Below are positions 63,244 to 64,000 of a DNA stretch of 64,000 bases, in pieces (position 1 is the first letter of the stretch; each line of letters starts with the position of its first letter). The notes below the pieces were generated by a model. It was not told the DNA's origin and searched no databases. It was given only the letters and a program-made list of their open reading frames with translations. Position numbers and translations under genes: made by a program. Source of the stretch: Methylococcales bacterium (GTDB taxonomy: Bacteria > Pseudomonadota > Gammaproteobacteria > Methylococcales > Methylomonadaceae); assembly GCA_032251045.1 (NCBI GenBank), contig JAVVEW010000001.1:58484-122483 (forward strand). Direction: 5' to 3'.

Positions 63244-64000
63244 ATGTCTCAAAGTTTAATCGCCATGGCCTATATCACGGCCGCCGTATTGTTCATTCTC
63301 AGCCTGAAAGGCTTGAGTCATCAGGAAACCGCCCGGCGCGGCAATGTGTACGGCATGGTCGGTATGGCCATCGCCATTCTGGCCACCGTGTTCAGCAACT
63401 CGGTGACCTCTTATGTGTTGTTGCTTGTCGCGCTGACCGTCGGCGGCTATATCGGCAGCCAGGCCGCTCGCCGGGTGGAAATGACGCAAATGCCGGAACT
63501 GGTGGCGATCATGCACAGCCTGGTCGGTCTGGCCGCAGTGCTGGTCGGCTTTGCCAATTTTCTCGACCATTCGCTGCCGCTTCAGGGTGCTGAAAAAACC
63601 ATTCACGAAGTGGAAATCTACCTAGGCATCCTGATCGGCGCGGTGACTTTTTCCGGCTCCGTGGTCGCGTTCGGCAAATTATCAGGACGCCTCGACGGCA
63701 AGCCGCTTTTGCTCCCCGCCCGACATTGGCTCAATCTGGCACTGTTGTTGATCGCTATCGGTTTGGGCATGGAATTTTTGCGCGAGACCGAGTCCGGCGG
63801 CGGTTTCTGGGCGTTGCTGCTGATGACCGCGTTAGCGTTGGCGTTTGGCGTGCATATGGTGATGGCCATCGGCGGCGCTGACATGCCGGTGGTGGTGTCG
63901 ATGCGGAAGACCGGCACGTCCCCTGTCCAGACTCGGTTCTGCCCGTGCGCAATGGGCCGGTTCAATCGGCGTGTGCTCCCGGTGATGCGAAAACCACCAT
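63244..64000 (+). CDS. pntB: NAD(P) transhydrogenase subunit beta, 5' part. The frame departs from the conserved PntB sequence after ...GGADMPVVVSM at about 63903.
   Basis: From MSQSLIAMAYITAAVLFILSLKGLS the sequence aligns with E. coli PntB through IGGADMPVVVSM. After that the expected LNSYSGWAAAAAGF is replaced by unrelated RKTGTSPVQ... Confidence 0.7.
   Translation, partial: MSQSLIAMAYITAAVLFILSLKGLSHQETARRGNVYGMVGMAIAILATVFSNSVTSYVLLLVALTVGGYIGSQAARRVEMTQMPELVAIMHSLVGLAAVLVGFANFLDHSLPLQGAEKTIHEVEIYLGILIGAVTFSGSVVAFGKLSGRLDGKPLLLPARHWLNLALLLIAIGLGMEFLRETESGGGFWALLLMTALALAFGVHMVMAIGGADMPVVVSMRKTGTSPVQTRFCPCAMGRFNRRVLPVMRKPP

Overview
This is a 64 kb chromosomal segment of about 55-57% GC with proteobacterial, gammaproteobacteria-like gene order, and almost all of it is core housekeeping. 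Three stretches match a Pseudomonas-type layout: suhB divergent from trmJ-cysE-iscR-iscS; recA-recX-alaS-lysC-csrA followed by three tRNAs; and trpFBA-accD-folC-dedD-cvpA-purF-metZ. Other recognisable blocks are ubiG-gph-SDR-sufT, aminotransferase-hom-thrC, ugd, moaA, both class A PBPs (mrcB and mrcA), fabAB with ttcA, a cobalamin riboswitch with btuB, an SPFH/SHOCT plus zinc-ribbon pair, tldD-pmbA, rmuC and pntAB. The one clearly accessory stretch (about 23.3-27.9 kb, between fabA and an LpxH-like/DedA pair) holds only remnants: a COG2865 regulator fragment, a TnpB C-terminal fragment, an AAA-ATPase/DUF1703-like fragment, a 37% GC methyltransferase frame with an in-frame TAA, and an IS1595 N-terminal fragment. 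The only intact gene in that stretch is a DHH/DHHA1 phosphoesterase. I see no intact novel multi-gene system such as a defence island. The most interesting signals are non-coding or structural. (1) A roughly 150-nt element is present in two copies, upstream of ubiG and upstream of csrA, in the same orientation relative to the downstream gene. (2) A 12-bp-stem palindromic hairpin repeat (gtaaccgttcac) occurs at two gene 3' ends. (3) The isc operon stops after iscS and iscA and lacks iscU, hscBA and fdx, while a lone sufT sits elsewhere. (4) pntB departs from the conserved PntB sequence about 100 bp before the window edge. (5) Operator-like palindromes lie in the long ubiG/aminotransferase divergent region and upstream of pntA. 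Coordinates of non-ORF features were counted by hand and may be off by 1-3 nt.
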